Shown in pieces: positions 1 through 9,402 of a stretch of 64,000 nucleotides of DNA. A program made the translations under genes and the position numbers. Position 1 is the first letter of the stretch. Each line of letters opens with the position of its first letter. Source of the stretch: Chlamydiia bacterium (GTDB lineage: Bacteria; Chlamydiota; Chlamydiia; Chlamydiales; JAAKFQ01); NCBI GenBank assembly GCA_041688145.1, contig JBDNIV010000038.1, positions 3,841 through 67,840 on the forward strand, in the 5' to 3' direction. The notes under the pieces are model-generated. The model ran no database searches. It was given only the letters and a program-made list of their open reading frames with translations, and was not told where the DNA came from.

Positions 1-55
1 TGATAATAACCAAGCTTAGGACGGGGGCGATTAGTGAGGCTGCAATCTTTCTCAT
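1..55 (-). CDS. possible 5' end of a CDS continuing beyond the left edge (N-terminus MRKIAASLIAPVLSLVII, signal-peptide-like)
   Basis: ATG at 55..53 on the minus strand opens a frame with no stop down to position 1. Only 18 codons are visible and there is no convincing SD. Confidence 0.2.
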   Translation of the reverse strand, partial: MRKIAASLIAPVLSLVII

Positions 56-204
56 GGGAGCTCTAAGTTAGGAGAGCTCAATAAAGAGCCCTTTCGATTT
101 TTGTGTAGCACAAGCTGGGTAAATTAGACTACTCACTAGGTAAAAAAGACAGCTTACGTTTGTGTGTATATTACGAAAAACAATAAATAACTGCTAAGGT
201 TTTT

Positions 205-771
205 ATGCCATTGCCTATTGTTAAAGATGAAGAAGAGATAGACTCTTTTGTTGATAGGCATATGGACTATATAAATGGAGATTCTCGTCCTATGGACGCT
301 CCATTAAATTATCCAGTCTATAAACAAAAAGTGCCCGGATGGATCCGCTGGCCTATCAGGTGTCTGCTGTTGCCTTATGTTTGGATAGACACACTTGCAC
401 AAAAGCTAGCGCGTCTTATTGTACAGCCTCCTTATAAAACAACAGGCTCCTGTAAACAAAGAGGGGCGTGTTGCCGCTATATCCTTATAGAAAAGCCGAG
501 GGGGCTTTTAGGAAAAATGTATATAGCGTGGTTTATGGAGTTTCAAGGCTTTTATCCTAAAGGCTACCCCCACGTACGTAGTGGTAAAAAAAAGTTTGTC
601 GTAATGGGATGCCGCTATCTCCAATCTGATGGACGCTGTGGACATTATACACTCAGGCCTCAAGTGTGCCGGAAGTGGCCTGTGATAGAGCACTTTGGAG
701 CCCCTGAGCTTCTTAAGGGATGTGGCTTTAAGGCAGAGCTTAGAAAGTCTCATCATAAAAAAGTTCCCTAA
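205..771 (+). CDS. YkgJ/UPF0153-family cysteine-cluster (putative Zn/Fe-chelating) protein
   Basis: 188-aa ORF. Cys clusters GSCKQRGACCRY and GCRYLQSDGRCGHYTLRPQVCRKWP fit the CxxCxxCC ... C..C..RP..C pattern of this family. Confidence 0.6.
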   Translation: MPLPIVKDEEEIDSFVDRHMDYINGDSRPMDAPLNYPVYKQKVPGWIRWPIRCLLLPYVWIDTLAQKLARLIVQPPYKTTGSCKQRGACCRYILIEKPRGLLGKMYIAWFMEFQGFYPKGYPHVRSGKKKFVVMGCRYLQSDGRCGHYTLRPQVCRKWPVIEHFGAPELLKGCGFKAELRKSHHKKVP

Positions 772-830
772 ATTCTTGTTATCCCCTTATAAAGGTGCTA
801 AAGCTGTCAAAATTGAGGTTTTAGAAAATT

Positions 831-1328
831 ATGCGATGTCCTTATTGCTATAGTGAAGAGACTAAAGTAACAGATTCTCGCAACGTCGTAGAGACAAATG
901 CAATCAAGCGTCGTAGAGAATGCCTTGCTTGTCAAAAGCGTTTTACGACTTTTGAGACAGTAGATCTTGTCATCCAGGTGCAAAAACGAGATGGCAATTA
1001 TGAAGAGTTTATCCAACAAAAAATGATAGCAGGTCTCGATGCCGCTTGCCGTCATACACGCATAAGTCACAGTGGAGTTCGAGAGTTAGCACATAAAATC
1101 ACAATGGAGCTTTTAGAGCGTCAAGTAAAAGAGATCTCTACAGAAGAGATAGGCGCTTTGATTATGAAAAACTTAATTGAGCTTGACCACATAGCTTATA
1201 TTCGTTTTGCCTGTGTCTACAGGCGGTTTAAAGATTTTCATGAGCTTCAAGATGCTATAGATTCTATTGCTCCTTTAGGCGGCGTGCAGTGTTCAGCATC
1301 GACCTTTCAAACAATTAAAAAGGAATAA
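831..1328 (+). CDS. nrdR: transcriptional repressor NrdR
   Basis: N-terminal zinc ribbon MRCPYCYSEETKVTDSR...RRRECLACQKRFTTFE followed by an ATP-cone region. Size is 165 aa, typical for the family. Confidence 0.93.
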   Translation: MRCPYCYSEETKVTDSRNVVETNAIKRRRECLACQKRFTTFETVDLVIQVQKRDGNYEEFIQQKMIAGLDAACRHTRISHSGVRELAHKITMELLERQVKEISTEEIGALIMKNLIELDHIAYIRFACVYRRFKDFHELQDAIDSIAPLGGVQCSASTFQTIKKE

Positions 1329-1331
1329 ATT

Positions 1332-1700
1332 ATGGCAATTTCTAAAAAAGAGCTAGCTAAGTTTAAAGAGCATCTAGAGACATTGCGCGCTCAGCTTATG
1401 CGTACTTTTCAAGAGAGCTCTAAGGAAGTAAAGTCACCAGAGGAGTCTAAAGGATACTCCCAGCACCAAGCTGACGAAGGGACAGATGATTTTTATCGCC
1501 GTATTAGCATTCAGCTTTCCGGCGAAGAGATGGGCGTTTTGAAGCAGATTGATCATGCGCTAGAGAAAATCGAAAAAGGCACGTATGGTATTTGTGATGT
1601 CTCAGGAAAAGAGATTAATAAAAAACGTTTAGAAGCCATTCCTTACGCTTGCATGACCGTGGAAGCTCAAGGGCAATTAGAAAAAGGGAAGAGGTTTTGA
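1332..1700 (+). CDS. dksA: DksA/TraR-family regulator
   Basis: 122 aa. Coiled-coil N-terminal half and C-terminal GTYGICDVSGKEINKKRLEAIPYACMTVEAQ. Sits between nrdR and lspA as in Chlamydia. Confidence 0.85.
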   Translation: MAISKKELAKFKEHLETLRAQLMRTFQESSKEVKSPEESKGYSQHQADEGTDDFYRRISIQLSGEEMGVLKQIDHALEKIEKGTYGICDVSGKEINKKRLEAIPYACMTVEAQGQLEKGKRF

Positions 1701-2197
1701 GTTTGCTTCGCAAGCTGTTTTTATTCGTTATCATTGTAGGAGGAGTTTTTTTCTTGGATTCCCAGACAAAACAATGGACGCTTGAGAATGTGCCTCACAT
1801 GGTATCTCCTGATTACCCTTATGGGGGAAAGGCGTTTTATGAAGGTCTTTTTGGTGGCATCGACATAGCAATTGTTTATCGAAGTAACCCCGGTATTGCA
1901 TGGAGCTTTTTTGCTGAGTATCCTCACATTCTTTTTTGGGTGCGGATTGTCATTGCAGCGGTAATTGCGCTTATTTATTTTGTAAGCAGTCGGCGCAGTC
2001 TCGAAAAAATAGGCCTACTTTTTATACTCGGCGGCGCCTTAGGTAATATTGTGGATTACATCCGTTATGGCGCTGTTATCGACATGATAAAGATGACTTT
2101 TTGGGGATGGCACTATCCCGTCTTTAACGTAGCTGATATGGCTGTTGTATGTGGGGTTATTCTATATCTAATCAGCCCCAAGTGCTCTCAGGAATAA
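1697..2197 (+). CDS. lspA: lipoprotein signal peptidase (signal peptidase II)
   Basis: Motifs GGALGNIVDYIRYGAVIDMI and FNVADMAV, with four hydrophobic segments. I prefer the TTG at 1697, which overlaps the dksA stop as TTGA. The ORF-track ATG at 1649 would overlap dksA by 52 nt. Confidence 0.85.
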   Translation: MSLLRKLFLFVIIVGGVFFLDSQTKQWTLENVPHMVSPDYPYGGKAFYEGLFGGIDIAIVYRSNPGIAWSFFAEYPHILFWVRIVIAAVIALIYFVSSRRSLEKIGLLFILGGALGNIVDYIRYGAVIDMIKMTFWGWHYPVFNVADMAVVCGVILYLISPKCSQE

Positions 2198-2234
2198 GCC
2201 TTATGAATATGAGTGCTTTATATAGTCAGGTCTT

Positions 2235-2918
2235 GTGAATAAAGATACACTTAAATCGACTTACCAAGCATCGCGCTGGCTTAAGATGCGCACTCTTCTT
2301 AGCATATTAAGCATGAAAGAGCTCATTGAGCATTTAGAGCCATTTTTCTTCATTCAAGCAGCGAGCGTGATTAAGTCAGCAGATCCGTGCATTTCTAAAG
2401 AGGACTTTTTCATAGCTTATACCGACTACGTCCAGCATTTAGAAAAAGATGAAGCTGGCTGTAATGCTTTTGCTAAGCGCTCGCCACTATTTACACTGAC
2501 ACTTTCTACAAGCCGGGAAATTGCGAAAACCCATGAAGTCAAGCCGGGCTTTTTTTTGACTCGCTTATCTGAGCCTGGCGTGCAAGTGCGGCCATGCTTA
2601 GTTGATTTTTCTCCTTTGTCTAGGCAGTTTTCCTATAGAGCTCTTGGTGCAAGTAGTATTTCTTGGGGCCTTGAGTTTTCTTATCCACAGCTTATTCAAA
2701 AGGCAGGTGGTGCAATAGAAAATGGTCTAAAAGAGCCTTTTGTCAATGCTCCTTTGTTTAAGAAGCTTCAGAAATGGGCACGTTTACATAGTCGGCCAGC
2801 TGTTTTTACCTTTGAAGGGCAAAAGATCATAAGTGAGCTTAGGATAGGTGATGATACCTCATGGGTACAAGATATGCCGGCTATAAAAAAGAGGGGGCTT
2901 ACGCTATGTCAGAGCTAG
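2235..2918 (+). CDS. hypothetical protein
   Basis: 227-aa ORF with a GTG start and no recognisable motif. Its position in a same-strand gene string supports coding. Confidence 0.55.
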   Translation: MNKDTLKSTYQASRWLKMRTLLSILSMKELIEHLEPFFFIQAASVIKSADPCISKEDFFIAYTDYVQHLEKDEAGCNAFAKRSPLFTLTLSTSREIAKTHEVKPGFFLTRLSEPGVQVRPCLVDFSPLSRQFSYRALGASSISWGLEFSYPQLIQKAGGAIENGLKEPFVNAPLFKKLQKWARLHSRPAVFTFEGQKIISELRIGDDTSWVQDMPAIKKRGLTLCQS

Positions 2919-3586
2919 GAAAAGTCCTTTTTGAGGATAACCACCTTCTTGTTTTAAATAAGCCTCAAGGTTTGCTTACCCAGCCTGAGGGCGATCGCGA
3001 TAGCCTAGAAGATAGAGGAAAAGCGTATATCAAAAAAAAATCCAATAAGCCTGGAGCGGTCTTTTTGCATCCGGCGCATAGGCTAGACCGCGTAGCGAGC
3101 GGTATTGTCGTATTTGCGAAAACAAGCAAAGCGCTTTCTAGGTTGAATGCTTCGATTAGAAAAGGAGATTGGGAAAAGACGTATTTAGCTCGCGTGAGTG
3201 CACGCTCCACAAGTACTCCTGGAAAAAAAGGAGACGTAGGGCACTTGGAGGACTATTTGAAACATGCGGAATTTCGAGCTATAAAGGTAGATAGCGAAGA
3301 TCCTGAAGCAAAAAAATGTACACTTGATTATGTAGTCTTAAAGGAAGAAAAAGGCAGTTTTTTACTAGAAATAGACTTGCATACAGGACGTTACCATCAG
3401 ATTCGAGCGCAGCTCTCTTTTAGAGGGTGGCCTATTTTAGGAGATACTAAATATGGCGCGTATAGGCTTGAGAGTGAGTCTGAAGGCATTGCTTTACACC
3501 ATGAACATCTAAAGCTAATTCACCCTGTAGGCAGTAAAGAGCTTGAAATAACAGCTCCTTTACCTAAGGTGTTTTTATGGATGTAG
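2906..3586 (+). CDS. RluA-family pseudouridine synthase
   Basis: Motifs LVLNKPQGLLTQP, HRLDRVASGIVVFAKT (catalytic Asp) and GRYHQIRAQL. Start placed at the ATG at 2906 (MSELGKV) rather than the track start at 2861. Confidence 0.85.
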   Translation: MSELGKVLFEDNHLLVLNKPQGLLTQPEGDRDSLEDRGKAYIKKKSNKPGAVFLHPAHRLDRVASGIVVFAKTSKALSRLNASIRKGDWEKTYLARVSARSTSTPGKKGDVGHLEDYLKHAEFRAIKVDSEDPEAKKCTLDYVVLKEEKGSFLLEIDLHTGRYHQIRAQLSFRGWPILGDTKYGAYRLESESEGIALHHEHLKLIHPVGSKELEITAPLPKVFLWM

Positions 3587-3751
3587 CTTCTAAGAGCGCT
3601 TTCGCAATCTACGCTATGTTGAGGACGGTAGTGTTGCGAGAAATACTTTTAACACCAGTATCTCCTGATTTATCGCTTTTTTATACCTCAAAAATAGGTG
3701 TAATGAGCCCAAAAATTGTCGGTGAATAAAGCGCTGGATGGAATGTGCTCC

Positions 3752-4348
3752 TTATCTGTTTCCAAGGCCAAATTGTTTTAATCTTGATAGGGTTGTTTTA
3801 ATTTTTTGGACATTTTTCCCAATAGACTGAGAGTGTGTATTGATCTTTAGATCATAGACAACATCTTGATGTACTTTATCGTGCTGTCCACGTGCAGAGC
3901 CTAGAATGCGATTGCCTCGATCTTTTTCGCGTTTTTCAAGGACTTCTAGAGGAGCTTGAACACCTACATAAAGGACAGGATAGTTTTTTAAAACTTGCTT
4001 CCACTCTTCAACTTGAGCAGCGCCAAATGCGACATCGTCGATGATAAGGTTATAATCTTGTGAGGCTAAAAGTAATGCAAAGTCTTTCATAGTTCGAACA
4101 ATTTTTTTTGCAAAAGGACCGGCATGGATGTGATGAATTGGCTGCCCTGAAGAATCTACATCGGGCCTCCAACAAAACCCTAAAGGGGTGCTGCCTCCTT
4201 CCCAATTGTTCAATTTTTTAGGCATAAGCTGAATCACTCTATCAAGGCTCAAGCATAAAAAGGGCTCATCAAGTGATTCCTGTAGAGCATCTGCTAGTGT
4301 TGTTTTTCCAGAGCTAGAAGGTCCATTAAGATAAATAATTTTAGGCAT
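3752..4348 (-). CDS. chloramphenicol-phosphotransferase-like (CPT family) P-loop kinase
   Basis: N-terminus KIIYLNGPSSSGKTTLADALQESLDEPFLCLSLDRVIQLMP closely parallels the CPT family N-terminus (P-loop followed by ..L..PW...D). 198 aa. Confidence 0.75.
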   Translation of the reverse strand: MPKIIYLNGPSSSGKTTLADALQESLDEPFLCLSLDRVIQLMPKKLNNWEGGSTPLGFCWRPDVDSSGQPIHHIHAGPFAKKIVRTMKDFALLLASQDYNLIIDDVAFGAAQVEEWKQVLKNYPVLYVGVQAPLEVLEKREKDRGNRILGSARGQHDKVHQDVVYDLKINTHSQSIGKNVQKIKTTLSRLKQFGLGNR

Positions 4349-4406
4349 TACAGAATCCAGAAATAGTTATTTTTTAAACAGAAGGGCAGGAGTATTTTCA
4401 CTGCAT

Positions 4407-5426
4407 TTAGGGGATATTTTTTAATAAGGTAAGACTTTCGGTAAACACTTTCGCAATCTGTAGCATATTTAATGCGGATCCTTTGAGCAGTTGATCTCCA
4501 ACTATCCAAAGTTCTAGAGAATAGGGGCTACTAAGATCACAGCGGAGGTCGCTACAAAAAACCTCTTTTTGGAAAGCTGCTTTTTCTGGGGTAGCGCTGT
4601 CTTTTAGGTAGGTGATTCCGGATGCTTTTTCTAAAACCTCTTTGGCTTTTATTAGATCGGGTTTTTTCTCAAATTCTATATTAAGGCTAATGCCATGCGC
4701 GCGCAAAGAAGGCGTTCGGATTGATCTTAAGCTTATAGGAAGGCTCGGTAAGTTCAAGATTTTACGCACCTCTTCTATGACTTTCATCTCCTCTTCTACA
4801 TAGCCATTTTCTAAACGCTTAGATTCGTGGGGGTAGATGCTAAAGGCTTTTGAGCCTTTTTTAGATTCACCTTCTGCTAGATGAGCCTTAGTGTCATGAA
4901 TAAGGGTGTCTAAGAGAGCTTTGCCTCCGCCAGAAGCAGCTTGATAGCTCGAGCTGATGATGCGCTTTAAACCAAAAGCTGTGTGCAGGGGACCGAGAGC
5001 TAAAAGCATCAAAGTGGCGACGCAATTAGGAGAGGCGATGAGCTTGCTTTTGCCATTATAATCGGCTTGATTTACTTCAGGAATAATAAGGGGAACATCT
5101 TTTTGCATGCGAAAAGCAGAGCTGCCATCAATGATCAGACACTTGGTGTTTTGCGCTTGAGCTTCTTTGATAATTTCTTGAGAGACTTTATTTGGAGCTG
5201 CAATAAAAAGCAGATCTAAAGAGGGGATATCTTGATAGAGCCCTTCTAAAGTATCAACAGGATGACTTTGTCCTGAAAAATAAAACCCATCTGTACAGGG
5301 CCTACTTTTAGAGCCGTATCCCTTAAGATTTATAGAAGAAAAAGCATCTCTGAATTCATCTTCTTCTAAAAGAGCAACAAGCTCTTTTCCTACGAGGCCT
5401 AAAACGCCTACAATGCCTATATGCAT
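4407..5426 (-). CDS. asd: aspartate-semialdehyde dehydrogenase
   Basis: Rossmann N-terminus MHIGIVGVLGLVGKEL, active-site region IASPNCVATLMLLALGPLH, and SSYQAASGGG. 339 aa. Confidence 0.9.
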   Translation of the reverse strand: MHIGIVGVLGLVGKELVALLEEDEFRDAFSSINLKGYGSKSRPCTDGFYFSGQSHPVDTLEGLYQDIPSLDLLFIAAPNKVSQEIIKEAQAQNTKCLIIDGSSAFRMQKDVPLIIPEVNQADYNGKSKLIASPNCVATLMLLALGPLHTAFGLKRIISSSYQAASGGGKALLDTLIHDTKAHLAEGESKKGSKAFSIYPHESKRLENGYVEEEMKVIEEVRKILNLPSLPISLRSIRTPSLRAHGISLNIEFEKKPDLIKAKEVLEKASGITYLKDSATPEKAAFQKEVFCSDLRCDLSSPYSLELWIVGDQLLKGSALNMLQIAKVFTESLTLLKNIP

Positions 5427-5517
5427 ACTAGCTAGTTCCTTTGCCTATTTCGGATAGACCGTTTTACTGCATTGTAGTATACATAAGAACTACTCGCCAG
5501 CTTAAAAGGATTTGTAT

Positions 5518-6825
5518 ATGAGAGTCATTATTCTTGCAGGGGGAAGTGGACTTCGGCTTTGGCCTTTGTCTACGCCTGAAATGCCCAAACAGTTTTTAGA
5601 GATTGGCACGCAGGGCTCTTTTTTGCAGATGACACTTGAGCGTGCTTTAGGCCTTTGTAGTCCAGAAGAAGTGTTTATTGTGACATCTCAAAAATACTAC
5701 ACGTGTACAAGGCAGCACACGCAGCCTCTTGACCCAGAAGGCAGAGTCCATATTCTTTGTGAGCCTGAAGCCAAAAATACAGCAGGAGCTATTGCTTTTG
5801 CTTTGAGCTATGCGCGGGGCCAAGGTTTGGGTTCAGCTGAAGACACTTTTTTAGTGTTGAGTTCAGATCATCAAATAGCACCTACAAAAGTATTTCATGA
5901 GCATTGCTATTTTGCCCAGAAGCTTGCGCGCTTGGGTAAAATTGTTTGTTTTGGTGCAGTGCCTACGCGTCCTGAAACGGGGTATGGTTATCTCGAGTTG
6001 AAAAAAGATAATACTAGCAGCGCGAATAGCGAGGGCTACTTTAAGTGTAGCTTTACCGAAAAGCCGAGTCTAGATACGGCTTTAACTTTTGTTCAAAGCG
6101 GTAAGTATTTATGGAATTGTGGCATGTTTCTTTTCCAGATGGCTGCTATTTTAGAAGAATTCAAAGCTTTTTTCCCTGAAGGATATAGTCTGACTCAGAT
6201 TCCTTACCAAGAGGCAATAAATGAGTTTTCAAGTCTGCCATCGATTTCATTTGACTATGCGATCATGGAGCGCTCTACTAAAGTCATAGCTATACCTCTG
6301 AAAGGTGTTGAGTGGTCAGACATAGGTTCTTTTGATGAGCTCCATGCTTCTATGGCAAAAGATGAAAGCCAAAATGTACTTGTAGGTGATGTAACAGCAG
6401 AAAAAAGCTCAAATTGTTTTGCTTATGCTGGAGACAAGCCTATTGCTCTTTTAGGCGTGAAGGATTTAAACATTATAGATACGTCAAAAGCACTTTTAGT
6501 TGTTGCAAAAGGTTACTCTCAAGAAGTAAAGGGTCTTGCTCAAAAAATGCACGAGCCTGCGCGCAATTATGAGACAGAAAAAATCACGCTCGAGCCCGAT
6601 GAAAGCCGAAGGCATTCGGCTGAGGAAGCGAGCGTTCACTGGCTTGTTGTTTCAGGACTTGCAGAGGTGAATTTTTCAGGCTGCACAGACAAGCTAACTG
6701 CTGGACAAAGTTTTTTTGCTCCCGCCAAAATGGAAGCCTTCCTTTCTAATCAAAGTGCCCAGATGTTAGATGTGATTGAAGTGCGATTGATAGAAAATAA
6801 TGAAACGCAAAAGAGTTATGCATGA
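5518..6825 (+). CDS. manC: mannose-1-phosphate guanylyltransferase (ManC/CpsB family, with C-terminal cupin-like region)
   Basis: N-terminus MRVIILAGGSGLRLWPLS...PKQF is the nucleotidyltransferase signature. The ATG at 5518 is preceded by AAAGGA. The stop overlaps the gmhA start (ATGA). Confidence 0.85.
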   Translation: MRVIILAGGSGLRLWPLSTPEMPKQFLEIGTQGSFLQMTLERALGLCSPEEVFIVTSQKYYTCTRQHTQPLDPEGRVHILCEPEAKNTAGAIAFALSYARGQGLGSAEDTFLVLSSDHQIAPTKVFHEHCYFAQKLARLGKIVCFGAVPTRPETGYGYLELKKDNTSSANSEGYFKCSFTEKPSLDTALTFVQSGKYLWNCGMFLFQMAAILEEFKAFFPEGYSLTQIPYQEAINEFSSLPSISFDYAIMERSTKVIAIPLKGVEWSDIGSFDELHASMAKDESQNVLVGDVTAEKSSNCFAYAGDKPIALLGVKDLNIIDTSKALLVVAKGYSQEVKGLAQKMHEPARNYETEKITLEPDESRRHSAEEASVHWLVVSGLAEVNFSGCTDKLTAGQSFFAPAKMEAFLSNQSAQMLDVIEVRLIENNETQKSYA

Positions 6826-7409
6826 CTGTTGAAAATGATCTAATAAGCACCTCTGTAGAAGAGGCAATTGCTGCCATTAAGTTTTTGCGAAGAGATGAAT
6901 CTATCTGTTTTATAAGTCAGGTTGCCGATCTATTAGCGACTGTTTTTTTATCTGGAGGTAAGCTTCTTGTTGCAGGCAATGGGGGCAGTCTTTGTGATAG
7001 CAGCCATTTTGCAGAAGAGCTTACTGGACAGTTTAGAGGTCCTAGGCGCGCTTTACCTGCTATTTCTTTATGTAATGCAGGGCACCTTACTTGTGTGGCC
7101 AACGATATGGGCTTTGATGAGGTATTTGCAAGAGGTGTTGAAGCTCATGGGCAAACGGGGGACGTCTTTTGCGGTCTTACCACAAGTGGAAATTCTCCAA
7201 ATCTCATCAAGGCTTTTGAAAAAGCGCGTAGCCTAGGCCTTAAAACAGTAGCTTTTTTGGGTAAGGGAGGCGGTGCTCTTAAAGGCGTTGCTGATTTTGA
7301 GCTAATTATTGATGGGTTTATCTATTCGGATAGAGTGCAAGAAGCTCACATGGCAGCTATTCATATTATTATCGAGAAAATAGAATCACTTTTATTCGAT
7401 GACCAATAG
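6822..7409 (+). CDS. gmhA: phosphoheptose isomerase (SIS domain)
   Basis: Motifs GNGGSLCDSSHFAEELTG and GLTTSGNSPN...QEAHM. 195 aa. Confidence 0.85.
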   Translation: MTVENDLISTSVEEAIAAIKFLRRDESICFISQVADLLATVFLSGGKLLVAGNGGSLCDSSHFAEELTGQFRGPRRALPAISLCNAGHLTCVANDMGFDEVFARGVEAHGQTGDVFCGLTTSGNSPNLIKAFEKARSLGLKTVAFLGKGGGALKGVADFELIIDGFIYSDRVQEAHMAAIHIIIEKIESLLFDDQ

Positions 7410-7544
7410 ATTCTTGTTCCATTATCTATTAAAGTCTTTTGAAAAAGAGCGTGTTAAAGTACACTTAATCTGATTTTAAATAAAGAATCTCAAGTTTACC
7501 TCAACTCAAATCTTTGAGATAAGGTAAAGAGCAAAGGATTTAAG

Positions 7545-8636
7545 TTGAGTCTAGCTGATTACTATCAGAAAAATCGTGCAGCTTTTAAGAGCTCTAAAGT
7601 TACTCCAAAAACGCTTTTAGCAAAGCTTATATCAAGCTGTTTTTCTTTTGTTAGCACACTGAGATCTAAAGCGTACGAAAAAGGTTTTTTTAAAAGCATA
7701 AAAGCAGAGGTCCCTGTTGTAAGCATTGGTAATATTAGCATAGGAGGCAGTGGTAAAACGCCTTTTTGCATTTTACTTGCACGCGCGCTTCAGGAAAAAG
7801 GAATTCACTTTGGGTTCATTTCTAAAGGGTATAAAGGGCAGATGTCTAAAAGGCTGTCTAAGAAAGAGTTTTTGACAGTATGCGCTTCTCATGGCCCTAT
7901 GGTCCCAGCAAACAGTTGTGGCGATGAGCCTTATTTAATAGCATCGAAGTTTCCTGAAAATCCTTTTGTTGTGAGCTCTAATAGAGTGTTAGCTGCAAAT
8001 AAAGCGCACCTGCTTGGAGCAGAGCTAGTTCTTATGGACGATGGCTTTCAGCATAGAAGGCTTATTCGAGATTTAGACGTTGTGCTTGTAAGAGCTCAAG
8101 ATCCTTTAGAAGGGGCTGCTTTTTTCCCAAGAGGAGGCCTTAGGGATTCTCTTTGTAGGCTTGCTGAGGCTGATTATGTGGTGGTGACTGGGTGTGACGA
8201 GGTCTCATTTGCTAAGAGTAGAAAATGTTTAGCTCCCTATACCCAGGCGCCTTTAATCGGTGTTCAATCTAAATTTTCTAAAGTGACTCTTTTTAATGGA
8301 AAATCTTTTGATCTTAAGGGGAAAAGGGTAATCGCTTTTGCAGGCACGGCCCATCCAGAAGCATTTTTTAAGATGCTTGAAGAGGCTGGGGCAAACGTTG
8401 TTTTAAGTGCAGAGCTTCTTGATCATGCGAAAATAGAAGGGGATTTTCTTTATGAGCTTGAGCTTAAAGTGCCCTCTCTAGGAGCAGAAGCTATTGTATG
8501 CACAGAAAAAGACTGGGTCAAATTGCAACATAAAAACAAGAGCGCTATATTGGCTTATGTTTCTATGGAGCATGAAGTGCTCTATGGAAAAGGCACTTTT
8601 AAAGAGCTTTTAACTCAGATTGAAAGCTTATTTTAG
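7545..8636 (+). CDS. lpxK: tetraacyldisaccharide 4'-kinase
   Basis: P-loop VVSIGNISIGGSGKTPF and DDGFQHRRL motif. TTG start 6 nt after AAGGA. Confidence 0.9.
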   Translation: MSLADYYQKNRAAFKSSKVTPKTLLAKLISSCFSFVSTLRSKAYEKGFFKSIKAEVPVVSIGNISIGGSGKTPFCILLARALQEKGIHFGFISKGYKGQMSKRLSKKEFLTVCASHGPMVPANSCGDEPYLIASKFPENPFVVSSNRVLAANKAHLLGAELVLMDDGFQHRRLIRDLDVVLVRAQDPLEGAAFFPRGGLRDSLCRLAEADYVVVTGCDEVSFAKSRKCLAPYTQAPLIGVQSKFSKVTLFNGKSFDLKGKRVIAFAGTAHPEAFFKMLEEAGANVVLSAELLDHAKIEGDFLYELELKVPSLGAEAIVCTEKDWVKLQHKNKSAILAYVSMEHEVLYGKGTFKELLTQIESLF

Positions 8637-8711
8637 GGATATTTTGAACTTCTTTTTAGCAAGTGCGTTGAGTTAGCAAACTAAGCCTTCGACAGATTGA
8701 GGAAGAGTGTT

Positions 8712-9332
8712 ATGGGAAGGATAGTAGCAGCAGGGCTACAGCCTGCAACAAGTTTTAATGGGCTAAATGGTGCAGCAAGCGCGAGCAGAAAAATCGTTTT
8801 TACACTTCCCGAGTTGCCGCTTGGTTTTTCTTGGGTGCATCCAAATTCTATTTATTGTTTGCGGCCTGAAAATCCCAAGAGTGCATCTGCACAAAAGGTG
8901 CATAGTCTAGCTGTAGACACTTTGGTCTATCTGTGGAAACCGAATACTGAAGGCTTTGAGCTTGGCTATTTACAAGGAAGAGTTTGTAATCTTACTACTG
9001 TTAAGTGCCTTTGCGTAGATGTATCGCAGCAGCCAGACAATCCCAATATTATTATAGCTGAATGGGATGACTTGACCTTGGGACAAGGCGTTTTTTTAGC
9101 TTGCGATGAGAGGGTTTTTATACAAAAGAAGCTGACGAAGATAGATGCAGGTGTAGATTGGCTAGCATCTATTTCTAGCGAAAATGCAAAGGCAGATCTA
9201 GAAGAAGGCGCTAGGTCTGGGTCACTCAATTCTCATGATTATTTATTGTTAAAGAAAAATAAGCCTCCAGGCATTTTTCAGAAGATCTTTGGCTGCTGTA
9301 TCTCAGATAAAAATCGTGAGATCTATAGCTAG
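8712..9332 (+). CDS. hypothetical protein
   Basis: ORF with an ATG at 8712 preceded by GAGGAAG (the track start TTG at 8697 is also possible). No recognisable motif. C-terminus is FGCCISDKNREIYS. Confidence 0.5.
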   Translation: MGRIVAAGLQPATSFNGLNGAASASRKIVFTLPELPLGFSWVHPNSIYCLRPENPKSASAQKVHSLAVDTLVYLWKPNTEGFELGYLQGRVCNLTTVKCLCVDVSQQPDNPNIIIAEWDDLTLGQGVFLACDERVFIQKKLTKIDAGVDWLASISSENAKADLEEGARSGSLNSHDYLLLKKNKPPGIFQKIFGCCISDKNREIYS

Positions 9333-9402
9333 ATCGACGACAAAACGCCTGTTGTGCTAGTCTGCGGGTACTTTAAAGTTATTTGAAGAGGTTTTTAGTC
9401 TT

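Noticed and set aside
1649-1696. Longer N-terminal extensions given by the ORF track: lspA 1649, rluA-like 2861, manC 5512, nhaD 13835, OMP1 20361, hctA-like 28139, ATPase 46394
   Set aside because: The internal starts have better SD spacing, avoid long overlaps with upstream genes, and/or give canonical N-termini such as signal peptides or the family N-terminus. The longer forms cannot be excluded without proteomics.
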